From: Sedimentisphaerales bacterium
GTDB lineage: Bacteria; Planctomycetota; Phycisphaerae; Sedimentisphaerales; SM23-30
Reading direction: 5' to 3'
Assembly: GCA_963663965.2 (NCBI GenBank)
Contig: CAXXFK010000025.1
Coordinates: 32,001-96,000 of the forward strand
DNA: 64,000 nt
The notes beneath the pieces are model-generated. The model saw nothing but the letters and a program-made list of their open reading frames with translations. It had not been told where the DNA came from and did not search any database. Position 1 is the first letter of the stretch, and each line of letters starts with the position of its first letter. Below, piece after piece: positions 1 through 10,145 of this stretch. The translations under genes and the position numbers were made by a program.

Positions 1-728
1 AATTCCCGGCCATGCGCATAATCGTAAGCCGAAAAACAAAGCGCGTCATTCCAGGCCACAATATTTTCCGGACTGGAGCCCTGCCCCTGCGCGATATCCG
101 TTACCTGCACCGCGCCATCCAGGGTATCATTCAGCTTCCAGAGCTCCTGATTCACCGCATTGAAATAAAGATCGTTCTGAAAAACTACCAATTCTTTCGG
201 ACCGGAACTGCCTTTTCCCGGCCACAGATCGATGACCCGCACCTGCTGGCCATCGTAACGCCACAACTCCATGCCATACAAGGCAAAGTAGGTGGCCCGG
301 AAATACAAACTGTCGCCAAAGACAATCAAATCCTCCGGCACCGAACAGTTTTCCGCACCTGCCACCGGCCCAGAATTCCGGCCATCGTAACAGTATAACC
401 GCGTCCCGCCTGTCACACTGGCCGCGAAATACAGCTTGTCCTTAAAGACCGTCAGATACGACGGCATGGAACTGCCCGCACCCGGCACAATATCGGCTAC
501 CATCACCGCCTGCTGGCCATCGTATTTCCACAATTCAATTCCGCTGGTCTGGGTATAAGCCCGAAAATACAGCTCACCCCGGTAGGGTGTCAGATACGAA
601 GGTCCGGAACCCTGTACGCCCGGCGCGATCTCCACCGCCATCCGCACGGCTTCACCATTCAATTCACTAAAAAATCCCAGGCATAATCCCAATATCACAA
701 TGCCATAACTAACCGTTTTGGATTTCAT
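1..728 (-). CDS. ELWxxDGT-repeat beta-propeller protein, secreted (3' end runs off the window)
   Basis: Not in the ORF track; translated by hand from ATG 728: MKSKTVSYGIVILGLCLG...SGPSYLTPYRGELYFRAY...GIELWKYDG...DIVPGAGSSMPSYLTVFKDKLYFAA, with repeated ELW/LY-x-YDG units. Confidence 0.8.
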   Translation of the reverse strand, partial: MKSKTVSYGIVILGLCLGFFSELNGEAVRMAVEIAPGVQGSGPSYLTPYRGELYFRAYTQTSGIELWKYDGQQAVMVADIVPGAGSSMPSYLTVFKDKLYFAASVTGGTRLYCYDGRNSGPVAGAENCSVPEDLIVFGDSLYFRATYFALYGMELWRYDGQQVRVIDLWPGKGSSGPKELVVFQNDLYFNAVNQELWKLNDTLDGAVQVTDIAQGQGSSPENIVAWNDALCFSAYDYAHGRE

Positions 729-978
729 GATAGTCCTTACTTGAATTTGTGAAAGAAACCGGAAATGGTTTTGCCCACAGGAGCTTGCTTTCCTGTGCCA
801 ATACTCCTTTGTGTACAATTTATATTATAATCCTTACCCTGTCGGTTGGCAAGCGATTTCTGGTTTCGCCGGCCACTACCTTACCCGGTCACGCAGGAGT
901 ATGACCGGCGGCATCGTATTGGACATAAAACCATGTTCTTGCCACCCAGGTCTCAATATCCTTATCTCACTGCGTTTA

Positions 979-998
979 TAAAACGCCAGGCCTGGCGT
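979..998 (-). terminator. Probable intrinsic terminator of the HEAT-repeat gene
   Basis: Perfect palindrome ACGCCAGGCCTGGCGT (983-998) followed by a short T-run on the minus strand, about 60 nt after the stop at 1062. Confidence 0.5.
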
Positions 999-1061
999 AA
1001 ATTTCCCTCTCGGTTTAATATTCGGATAAGATATATCAGCAACCATATTCGTTCCCCGTTC

Positions 1062-3563
1062 TTATTTGGGGTCAACCAGCCGGACAATCGCTCCCCAGGG
1101 CATGTTATTCTGGGTGACTTTTAATAACAGGATATTATCACCGCGATGAAGGGAAATATCAACCAGATCGGGTTGGTCCAGAATAGGACGCAGGGTATTG
1201 TTGGCGTGGATCGGCATGCCGTTTAACCAGGCCTTGACACCGTCATCCGAATAAATCTCTAAACGAGCGGTTTTATCATCCTGAACACGAATGTGGGTGC
1301 GCAGATAAGCCACCCGTTGTTCGCCCCCCTGTAAAGCGGCCAGCAGGTCGAGGTAAGCCGGATGAGTGTTGAGCTGACTGACCGGCATGGGTTGCCAGGT
1401 GACCGGGGTATCGGGGAGTTCTGGGGCAAACGCGATATCAAACAATTCCTGACAGGTTTTATTTTCAACAAAATAGGGCCCGGCAACTTCCCAATCGGTC
1501 AGATAAGATTGTATTTTCTCAATATCACCCAGAACAGCACGAGCCTGATCCTGGAGCGGGGAGGATACCTGGGTTTGCAGAACCTGGTTCAACGCTGTGC
1601 CGGCAACATCGGGGAATTTCAGATAAATTGACCGCGCGATCTGAATAACAGCCAGTGCGGCCTCTGATTGGACGGATTCCCGGTCAAGCGAATTCCGGGC
1701 CAGTTCCAATGCGGCCAGGGTCGGCAGTTTGGCAATGACGCCAAGAATCGCCTTCTTTTCCTGATCGGAAGGATGCAGAGAAAGGGCGGTATGCAGGTCG
1801 GCCAGTTTTTCATCAGGCGATAAAGAAGAGGCGTTGTCAACCAATCGGATATAAGCGCGCAGAGCCAGCACACGGTGGGTGGGCAGCGCATGATTACGGG
1901 CCACCTCAAGCAAGTCATTAAGCGGTGAGGCATCCACCCAGCCCCCCAGAGCAGTTAAGGCGGCATAGCCAAGCCCTGGGTCCGCATCATGCAGGGCCGT
2001 GGTTAAGGCCGGCAAGGCTTCTGGCAGTCCCATATCGCCCAAAACCTGCAAAACGGGAATGCGCCTGGCTGGTTGATCGATCGAATCAAGGTGATCAAGC
2101 AGGCTCTTCGTTATCATCTGATAAGAATCGTTGCGTCGCGCGATGGCCGAAAAAATGGACCGAAGGGGAGCAACGTCTGAAGGTGATGAATTGACCAGTA
2201 AATTGATCAGAGGATCGATTACCTCCGGATCAGCCAGGGAGCGCAAGGCTTTCTGGGCGGCCGATTTGACTTGTGGATTGGAACTGGAAGCGTATCGCAA
2301 CAGCTGATTGGCGGTCTCGAACGCCTGGCGTTCATCGAGAATCTGGATAAGAATAACTTGAATCTCCGGTTTGACATTGGGGATTTCAGCCAGGATGGCG
2401 GAGGAAACAGCCGAACCGGATAGCTTGATTAATCCATCACGGGCGGCTTGTCGACAGGCTTCATTCTCTGAGCTGACATGCCGTATCAGAAGAGGAAAAG
2501 AGGCCATGTCGCTACTCCCGGCCAGGGCCTGCAGGGCGGCCAGCTTCAGGTCCGGATCCGTATCGGCCAGGGCCTGCCGGAGCATGGGCAGCAAAGCCGG
2601 GGCGGGGCGTTCAGGCAGGGCCCGCAGAAAATGAACGCGCGCCTCAAGGGGTAATTGTTCCGTCATACCGGCCAGACGCCCGGTCTCTTCTGCTGTCGCG
2701 CAATCATGAATGATATGGATGGCCATGAGTCTCATGGTTCGATCGGAACTTTGCAGCGATTCGATCACATCAGCGTACGCGGTCGGTACATGAGCCCGCC
2801 AGAGCCCTTTCAGTGCGGCTGAGCGGTCGGTAGCAGGAGTAAATGATGATTGATAAACCTTGTTATAGATTTCCGTCGCCGCCCCAGATTGGCCATTGGC
2901 GATTAACTGTTCGGCACAGTGGAGACCGGCACGCGTTAATGTGTTTTTTGCGGGAGGATCGGCTTGAGAAAGGGCGGTTAATAAAATTTGTGAGGCGGCA
3001 GGTGTGCCAATCCGGCCCAGGGCCATAACGGCTTCTCCGGCAATGGCAGGATCAGCATCGGTCAACAGTGTACCAAGCGGATTAATCGCCAGAGGACTGC
3101 GCCGCTGGCCCAGAGTATAAATAACCGACTGTTTCTGACCGTTTGGCAATTCCGCCAGGGCTTCGACCAGTGCCTCATCAACCGCAGAACCGGGAATCCT
3201 TTCCAGGGCATATAACGCCAGGTCAGCCATAGTCTCTTCGCGTAATAAAGGGATCAACGCAGGGATTTGTTTCCCCGTGGCAATGAGCGCTAGTTGGCAG
3301 CAGGCAAAACGGCGGGTTTCGAAACAAACCGATGGCGCCAGCAGCGTTTCAAACTGTTCCAGCAGAACGCCACGTAGTGACGAATCGGAATAAGACCGTA
3401 CCACGGCGGCCTCAATGGTTTTAAAGGGTTGTGGATCACCCCCGGATTGAAAGGCGCGCAACTGGTCAAACGCCTGAATCACCGCGTCGGTTTCGGCCCA
3501 AAGCCGGACACCCGGAATCAACAGAACGGTCAGAATCAAACCAATCGATAAAGGCTTATTCAT
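1062..3563 (-). CDS. HEAT/PBS-lyase repeat protein with signal peptide and C-terminal beta-sandwich (PA14-like) domain
   Basis: Signal peptide MNKPLSIGLILTVLLIPGVRLWA; many A-x-x-ALG-x-IG helical repeats; C-terminal SDDGVKAWLNG...GDNILLLKV; start set to ATG 3563. Confidence 0.8.
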   Translation of the reverse strand: MNKPLSIGLILTVLLIPGVRLWAETDAVIQAFDQLRAFQSGGDPQPFKTIEAAVVRSYSDSSLRGVLLEQFETLLAPSVCFETRRFACCQLALIATGKQIPALIPLLREETMADLALYALERIPGSAVDEALVEALAELPNGQKQSVIYTLGQRRSPLAINPLGTLLTDADPAIAGEAVMALGRIGTPAASQILLTALSQADPPAKNTLTRAGLHCAEQLIANGQSGAATEIYNKVYQSSFTPATDRSAALKGLWRAHVPTAYADVIESLQSSDRTMRLMAIHIIHDCATAEETGRLAGMTEQLPLEARVHFLRALPERPAPALLPMLRQALADTDPDLKLAALQALAGSSDMASFPLLIRHVSSENEACRQAARDGLIKLSGSAVSSAILAEIPNVKPEIQVILIQILDERQAFETANQLLRYASSSNPQVKSAAQKALRSLADPEVIDPLINLLVNSSPSDVAPLRSIFSAIARRNDSYQMITKSLLDHLDSIDQPARRIPVLQVLGDMGLPEALPALTTALHDADPGLGYAALTALGGWVDASPLNDLLEVARNHALPTHRVLALRAYIRLVDNASSLSPDEKLADLHTALSLHPSDQEKKAILGVIAKLPTLAALELARNSLDRESVQSEAALAVIQIARSIYLKFPDVAGTALNQVLQTQVSSPLQDQARAVLGDIEKIQSYLTDWEVAGPYFVENKTCQELFDIAFAPELPDTPVTWQPMPVSQLNTHPAYLDLLAALQGGEQRVAYLRTHIRVQDDKTARLEIYSDDGVKAWLNGMPIHANNTLRPILDQPDLVDISLHRGDNILLLKVTQNNMPWGAIVRLVDPK

Positions 3564-3588
3564 AATCATTATCCTTTGGACAGGTACT

Positions 3589-4851
3589 CTAAATGTGCCA
3601 GGGACTGCGCATCTGGCGCTGAAGCAATCGATCCGCCTCGGGATCGTTCTGGAACTGTTCGCGTTCAGGATCCCATTGCAGCGGCCGTTGCAGCCAGCCG
3701 GCAATATTGCCGAGATGGCAGACCGAAATAGACCGGTAACCTACATTAGCATCAGCGGCCGGGCGCTTGCGTGTCCGCACACACTCAAGAAAATTGTCCG
3801 GGTGGTCAAAACTCTCATAAAGATGGATTTCGTTGGGGCCGATTCGTTGCCGAAAAAGCGGCTCCGGCTGGGTAATCAGGTGATCGCGGCTGACCTCGAC
3901 AAAACCTTCCGTTCCTTCGAACCGTACTCCGGGCGTCGTACGGCTGATGGGGGCTCGAACCATCATTGCCCCCGAGGCATAGCCATAGGTCAGATGAGGA
4001 AAATCTTTCCCGTCGGGCGGGGTAATGGATACCGGTCCGGACTCATCCATACCGAGTCCCCATTGGGCAATGTCAAACATATGGGCTCCCCAGTTGGTCA
4101 TCTCGCCGCCGGAATAATCTTTCCACCGCATCCAGCCCAGCAGGTCGGGATGGAACGGGCGCCAGGGAGCCTGGCCCAGCCAGCGGTCGTAATCGAGCCA
4201 GTCCGGCGCCTCTCCTCCCGCGGGAAGATAACATTCCTCAGGACCGGGACCGACATTGACGACCACCTTTTTAACCGTTCCAATGTAGCCATTGCGCACC
4301 AGTTCGCAGGCAAAACGGAATTCGTTCCAGCTGCGTTGCTGGGTGCCCGTTTGAAATATCCTGCCATAACGGGCCATGGTTTGAGCCAGCGCGCGCGCCT
4401 CATAGACGGTTAGTGATATAGGTTTTTCGCAGTAAATATCCTTGCCCGCCTGGGCGGCGGCAATGGAAATCGGGGTGTGCCAGCGGTCGCCGGCCGCGCA
4501 AAGGATCATATCAATATCGGATCGGGCCAGAAGTTCGCGAAAATCGAGATACGCCTGACAATCCTGATTGCGATAAAAATTGTTGACCAGATTCTGAGCG
4601 TTTTGCCGGTTGTTTCGGTTGACATCGCAAACCGCGACCACTTGAACGCCGGGTTTACTGAGAAAACCGCCGCCCTGCACCCAGATGCCGCCGCCGATAT
4701 GGCGGGTTCCCTGTCCACCGGTACCAATAAATCCCATGACCAGCCGTTCGCTGGGGGCTAGTCGTTTCTCGCTACCCAGTACGCCGGCGGGAACGATCCA
4801 GGGGAAAATGGCCACAGATGCGGTTTGCTTTAGAAAACGACGCCGATTCAT
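3589..4851 (-). CDS. Gfo/Idh/MocA family oxidoreductase, Tat-exported
   Basis: MNRRRFLK Tat motif, GFIGTGGQG, YCEKP, GTQQRS, NWGAH. Confidence 0.9.
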   Translation of the reverse strand: MNRRRFLKQTASVAIFPWIVPAGVLGSEKRLAPSERLVMGFIGTGGQGTRHIGGGIWVQGGGFLSKPGVQVVAVCDVNRNNRQNAQNLVNNFYRNQDCQAYLDFRELLARSDIDMILCAAGDRWHTPISIAAAQAGKDIYCEKPISLTVYEARALAQTMARYGRIFQTGTQQRSWNEFRFACELVRNGYIGTVKKVVVNVGPGPEECYLPAGGEAPDWLDYDRWLGQAPWRPFHPDLLGWMRWKDYSGGEMTNWGAHMFDIAQWGLGMDESGPVSITPPDGKDFPHLTYGYASGAMMVRAPISRTTPGVRFEGTEGFVEVSRDHLITQPEPLFRQRIGPNEIHLYESFDHPDNFLECVRTRKRPAADANVGYRSISVCHLGNIAGWLQRPLQWDPEREQFQNDPEADRLLQRQMRSPWHI

Positions 4852-5119
4852 TTGTTTCCCTTTGTTCTTCATAATGAGTTCCGTCATTGAATGGATTATC
4901 CACTTGAAAATTGACAGGCCCAGGCTTTCAAACAGCAGTTTACCCGGATCAATTCTCAAGGATAAACTCATTGAGGCGCGATCCTATTTCATGCCCTGTG
5001 TACAATTTGATATTTTCCGTAGTGAAATTCGACTTGTGAATCCCGCAAAAAAGGGCTATATTATTTTCTTTAACATCATGACAGCATACCATAACAAATT
5101 ATTTCGCAAGGAGTTAACC

Positions 5120-7241
5120 ATGAGATTAATCCTGTTGGCAGCTTTACCGGTTTGTCTTTTAGTCTGTTCCTGTGTTCAGAACAAGACAAAAACAGAATGG
5201 TCGGCCCCTTCTGGCAACAATCCCTTACTTGAGACCTGGAATACCCCATATGGTGTACCGCCTTTTGATACAATCAAAGAGGAACACTACCAACCTGCCA
5301 TTGAAGCTGGGATAGCTGAGCATCAGGCGGAAATTGAAAAAATTGCCTCTAATCCTGCTAAACCCACCTTTACCAATACTATCGAAGCCCTGGACCAGTC
5401 CGGCCAGACCCTGCGTCGCGCCGATAGCGTATTCGACAACCTGATGTCCGCTGATACCAACGACCAGCTTCAGGCCATTGCCAAAGAACTGGCTCCCAAG
5501 CTCTCCAAACACAGTGACGATATCCGGCTCAATGAAAAATTATTCGCACGCATCAAAACCGTCTACGAACAGGTTGGTTCCGAACTCACCGGTGAACAGG
5601 CCATGTTGCTGGAAAAAAACCTATAAGGATTTTGTTCGTGGCGGCGCCAATCTTGATAAAGCCGGCAAAGCCCAGCTCCGCGAAATCAACAAAGAGCTTT
5701 CCCTGCTCTCTCTCCAGTTCGGTGAAAATATCCTCAAGGAAAACAACCGGTTCGAGCTGGTGATCGACAACGAAGCCGATCTCGCCGGTTTACCCGAATC
5801 CGTTCGCTCGGGTGCCGCCGAAACCGCCAAAGAACGCAACCACGAAGGCAAATGGGTCTTCACCCTGCACAAACCCAGCCTGATTCCGTTCCTGCAATAT
5901 TCGCAACAACGCAACTTGCGCGAAATCATGTTCAAAGGATACATCGAACGCGGCGACCATAACGATGAACTGGACAACAAGGCGATCCTGGCTAAGATGG
6001 CCGCCCTGCGTGTCAAGCGCGCCAATTTACTGGGCTATCCAACCCACGCCGCCTACATTCTCGATGAAAACATGGCCGGTACTCCAGACAAAGTTTACGG
6101 TCTGCTCGAAAAACTCTGGCAACCCGCCCTGAAACGCGCCCAAGGCGAACTGGCCGAAATGCAGGCCATCGCCGATCGCGAAGGCGCCAGCTTCAAACTG
6201 CAACCCTGGGACTGGTGGTACTATGCCGAAAAACTGCGCCAGGAAAAATACGCACTCGATGAAGAAATGCTCCGCCCCTATTTCCAGATGGAAAATGTCC
6301 GCGCCGGCGTCTTCGATCTGGCCCATAAACTCTGGGGGCTCCAATTCGAACCGGTTGATATCCCAACTTATCATCCGGACGTGGAAGCCTACGCTGTCAA
6401 AGAAGCCGATGGCTCCCTGGTTGGTATCCTTTACACCGATTATTTTCCCCGCGCCAGCAAGCGGGGCGGCGCCTGGATGAACTCCTATCGTAAAGAGGTC
6501 TATCAGGATGGTAAACGCGTCGTTCCGGTTATCTGTAACGTTGGCAATTTCTCCAAACCCATCGGCGATAAACCGGCGCTCTTGAGCTACGAAGAGGTCA
6601 GCACCCTGTTCCATGAATTCGGCCACGCCCTGCATGGCCTGCTCTCTGATTGCCGTTACCATCGTCTCTCCGGTACCAGCGTCCCGCGTGACTTTGTCGA
6701 ATTGCCCTCCCAGATTATGGAAAACTGGGCTTCTGAACCCGAAGTCCTGCGTACGTTCGCCCGCCATTATCAAACCGGAAAAGTCATTCCCGATGAACTG
6801 CTGGATAAAATCGAAAAGGCAAAATATTTCAACCAGGGTTTCGAAACCGTCGAATACCTGGCCGCTTCCTTTCTGGATATGGATTGGCATACCCTCACTA
6901 AGCCGGTTGAGCAGGATCCGGAAGTGTTTGAAAACAAAGCCATGGCTCGTATTCATCTCATGCCCGAAATCGTCTCGCGCTATCGCAGCTGGTACTTCCA
7001 GCATATCTTCTCCGGCGGCTACTCCTCCGGCTATTACAGCTATATCTGGGCCGCCGTACTTGATGCCGACGCCTTCGAGGCCTTTAAAGAAAACGGGATC
7101 TACGACAAGAAAACCGCCGCCGCTTTCCGCCGTAACATCCTCTCCGCCGGCGGCAGCGATGATCCCATGGAACTCTACAAACGCTTCCGCGGCGCCGAAC
7201 CCAGTATCGAACCACTGCTGGAACGGCGCGGTCTCAATTGA
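5120..7241 (+). pseudogene. dcp: M3 family peptidyl-dipeptidase (Dcp-like), putative lipoprotein, split by one extra A at 5613-5619 (probably a sequence error)
   Basis: ORF1 NPLL...PYGVPPFD...MLLEK joins ORF2 TYKDFVRGGA...KRGGAWM...HEFGHALH...DFVELPSQ; removing one A from the A7 run restores a single reading frame. Confidence 0.85.
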
Positions 7242-7263
7242 TAATTGTTGTACGAAAATTTGT

Positions 7264-9918
7264 TTATCCCGTCAGTCTGGCCAGCGCCGCGGCGATCTGA
7301 TTTAGTGCGTCCTGGCCGGGCAGCTTCAGCTTAAGCTCCAAACGGCCCTGTTCGTCAGTGGTCAGACATTCCTGCAGGTGGGCCTGAATGGTCTGGCGGC
7401 GCTGTTCGATCGTTTCTTCATTGGCGGTTGACGGCAGGATTTCACCCAGCAGATGAAAGGCCGAGGTCAGCATTTCGCCGGCCGCTTCAGCCACCTTTTC
7501 GCGGCGGGCCACCTGGACGGCTTCCTGTTTTTTCCGTTCCAGTTCGCTGACATCGAGCGGAGCGTCTTCCGGGCGGCCCAGCAAGACTTCCAATCGTCGT
7601 TTCAGCGCTTCGGCGCCGCAGGCCAGATCCACCTGGCTGATATCGCTATTGATATCCAGCGCCGCCAGCGCCACCTCCTTTTTGGCGGCCAGGGTTGTCA
7701 GCATGCCCTCTTCGATAGTGTTTTCGGTCACCAGGATATAGACCTGTACCGGATTTTTCTGGCCCATGCGATGGGCGCGCGCGATCCGCTGTTCCAGGAC
7801 GGCCGGATTCCAGGGCAGATCGACATTGATCACAGTATTGGCCGTTTGCAGATTCAGGCCGGTCGAGCCGGCATTGGTGGTCATAAACAATCGACAATTC
7901 GGATTATGCCGGAAAGCGTATACCAACTGGGCCCGTTTCTTCTGAGGCACCGAACCATCCAGCCGGACAAATTCCATTTTCAGCTTTTTCAGTATTGGCT
8001 CGATCAGATCCAGCATGGTGGTCCATTCCGAAAACAGCACGATCTTATTGTCGGGATCGTTATTCAATTCACCGAGCAGTTCGGCCAGCCGTTCCAGTTT
8101 GGAGGAAAACGACGGGGTTTGTTTATTGACAAGATAGGTGCTGTCCGCGGCCATGCGGCTGAGCAGCAGGGCCTTTTGCAGGCGCAGCAGATCCATTTCG
8201 GAAAGATAGGGTTTATTGATGATCGACTGGATGATCATTCTTTGGGCCCGGGCCAAACTGTATTGCTCATCGGTCGGTTCGATCCGCATGATCTCATCCG
8301 TTCGCGGCGGCAACTGCTTCATGACTTCCGCCCGGGTGCGGCGCAGCAGGATTGGCTTGAGTTTTTCGCGCAGGACATCCATGTTCTTATAGCCCAGCAG
8401 TTTGCCCTTGTCATCTACAATCCGGTGGATATTGAAAAACCGGAATGACGGTCCCAGCCGCCGGTCATCGACAAATTCGACGATGGAAAAAAGGTCATCC
8501 AACCGGTTTTCCAGCGGGGTGCCGGTCAGCGCCAGGGCAAAACGGCTGCGCAGCGATTTGACGATTTGAGAGGTTTTAGCGGCCCAGTTTTTGATCCGCT
8601 GGCCTTCGTCCAGTATGATCAGATCCCATTGGGCCCGTTCAATCGAATCGATATCGCGCATCACCTGTTCATAATTGCAGATCGTAAAGAAGCAACCATT
8701 GTCGTATTGGCCGGCGCGATCGGCGGCGGTACCCAGCACCATCTGGCAATCGCGCTGCGAAAAACGCGTGATTTCGCTGCGCCACTGTGACTTGAGCGAC
8801 GTGGGGCAGATAATCAGTGTCCGTTTCAGGTCCGATTCGCGCGCCAGCAGTTCGGCCACGCCGATACCCTGGATGGTTTTGCCCAGCCCCATATCGTCCG
8901 CCAGGATGGCCCGGCCCGCCCCGGCGGCAAAGGCGATGCCATCCAGTTGATAAGGCAGCAGTTCGGTTTTGAGCAGCGTTTTTCGCAACGGATGTCCGGC
9001 CGGATTTTTACGGATCGATTCCGTCAATTGGGTCAGGTGTTTCTGATGCAGCAGAAAATCGATATATTCCTGGGCGTCAGGATAGATCAACACGTTCTGT
9101 CCGGCCGCTTCGAGCTGACGGACACCGTTCAACAACCGGGTTACATTGTTTACCGTGCGATTGGCAATGGGCTTGACTATCGCGGCCGATTCGGAATCCA
9201 TGGTTTCCGGTGTCAGCAATCGCAATTGTAATGTTTCACCGTAAGCGATATGGACGGCGAAATCTTTCTGGCGATAGGGCCGGTTGTGTGTACTGGCGCT
9301 GAACAGGCGTTCGGCCCGGCTCTGCACTTTCATGATATGCTTGCAGGTACCCAGCGTGTTCTTGCGGAAATCCGGGCACGAACAAAAAGAATCGCCCCGG
9401 CTCCAGCCTCGCAGCGCTACCCGATAACTTTTGCCCGACAATGAGTTGGTAACGATATAATCGGTCCAGAGAATTTTGGGATTGGTACTGGTGATCTTCA
9501 TGCGTTCGGTTCGCGCCCGTTCCTGACGGTCTTCCAGGGCGCGCGCGATCAGGTCAGCCTCGTTGAGGCTCTCCGCCGGAATCCGCTCAACCGGCGGCCG
9601 GGCCAGACCCAGCACGGTCTTTTCTTCCAGAATCAACGCGAACGCCGCGCCAATATGCTCGCAGACCCCCTGGCAGCGATCGCATTGGAAATTCAGCCGC
9701 CGTTTGGCATCGGCCATCAGCGTGATGGTGACTACGGCCCCTTCGACCGAAAACCGGAACAGATCGTCGCCCAGGTATACATTCTCTTCGATCGAGTTAA
9801 ATCCCAGCTTACCGCCCTGGATAATCAGTTTATCGCCCTCCGGTCCCAACAGTCTGGCGGCCTGATAAGGCGTTAAACGCGATAACCGGTCTCTGAGCGT
9901 CAATTCTTTTTTAGCCAT
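7264..9918 (-). CDS. SNF2/SWI2-family helicase with N-terminal SWIM-type zinc fingers
   Basis: CDRCQGVCEH and CSCPDF...CKH; LADDMGLGKT, ILDEGQ, LTGTP, GSTGLNL, EQRIARAHRMGQ. Confidence 0.92.
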   Translation of the reverse strand: MAKKELTLRDRLSRLTPYQAARLLGPEGDKLIIQGGKLGFNSIEENVYLGDDLFRFSVEGAVVTITLMADAKRRLNFQCDRCQGVCEHIGAAFALILEEKTVLGLARPPVERIPAESLNEADLIARALEDRQERARTERMKITSTNPKILWTDYIVTNSLSGKSYRVALRGWSRGDSFCSCPDFRKNTLGTCKHIMKVQSRAERLFSASTHNRPYRQKDFAVHIAYGETLQLRLLTPETMDSESAAIVKPIANRTVNNVTRLLNGVRQLEAAGQNVLIYPDAQEYIDFLLHQKHLTQLTESIRKNPAGHPLRKTLLKTELLPYQLDGIAFAAGAGRAILADDMGLGKTIQGIGVAELLARESDLKRTLIICPTSLKSQWRSEITRFSQRDCQMVLGTAADRAGQYDNGCFFTICNYEQVMRDIDSIERAQWDLIILDEGQRIKNWAAKTSQIVKSLRSRFALALTGTPLENRLDDLFSIVEFVDDRRLGPSFRFFNIHRIVDDKGKLLGYKNMDVLREKLKPILLRRTRAEVMKQLPPRTDEIMRIEPTDEQYSLARAQRMIIQSIINKPYLSEMDLLRLQKALLLSRMAADSTYLVNKQTPSFSSKLERLAELLGELNNDPDNKIVLFSEWTTMLDLIEPILKKLKMEFVRLDGSVPQKKRAQLVYAFRHNPNCRLFMTTNAGSTGLNLQTANTVINVDLPWNPAVLEQRIARAHRMGQKNPVQVYILVTENTIEEGMLTTLAAKKEVALAALDINSDISQVDLACGAEALKRRLEVLLGRPEDAPLDVSELERKKQEAVQVARREKVAEAAGEMLTSAFHLLGEILPSTANEETIEQRRQTIQAHLQECLTTDEQGRLELKLKLPGQDALNQIAAALARLTG

Positions 9919-10145
9919 TGGATTAAGCCTGTTCAATATAAGTTAGAGATATGCCCGTCAGATCTCGACAGTAAAAGATAATCAGGAACGTTTTATCTGA
10001 TAGGTATAAATGACCTGAATAGCCCTGTCAATTCAAAATCGAAGATAACTTTCCACGTGCATTTACCGGTGAAGTGTGGTATATGGTGTCGGAACTCGAC
10101 AGATGATGATCGATAAAATAACTGCCTAACAAAAGGGATTATTAT

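Noticed and set aside
745..805. c-di-GMP-I riboswitch (GGCAAAACC on the minus strand)
   Set aside because: No GNRA-capped P2 and no GACGCAAAG/P3 elements; only two simple hairpins.
5612..5620. Programmed -1 frameshift at A_AAA_AAC
   Set aside because: The downstream ORF is in the +1 frame, so -1 slippage would not join the halves.
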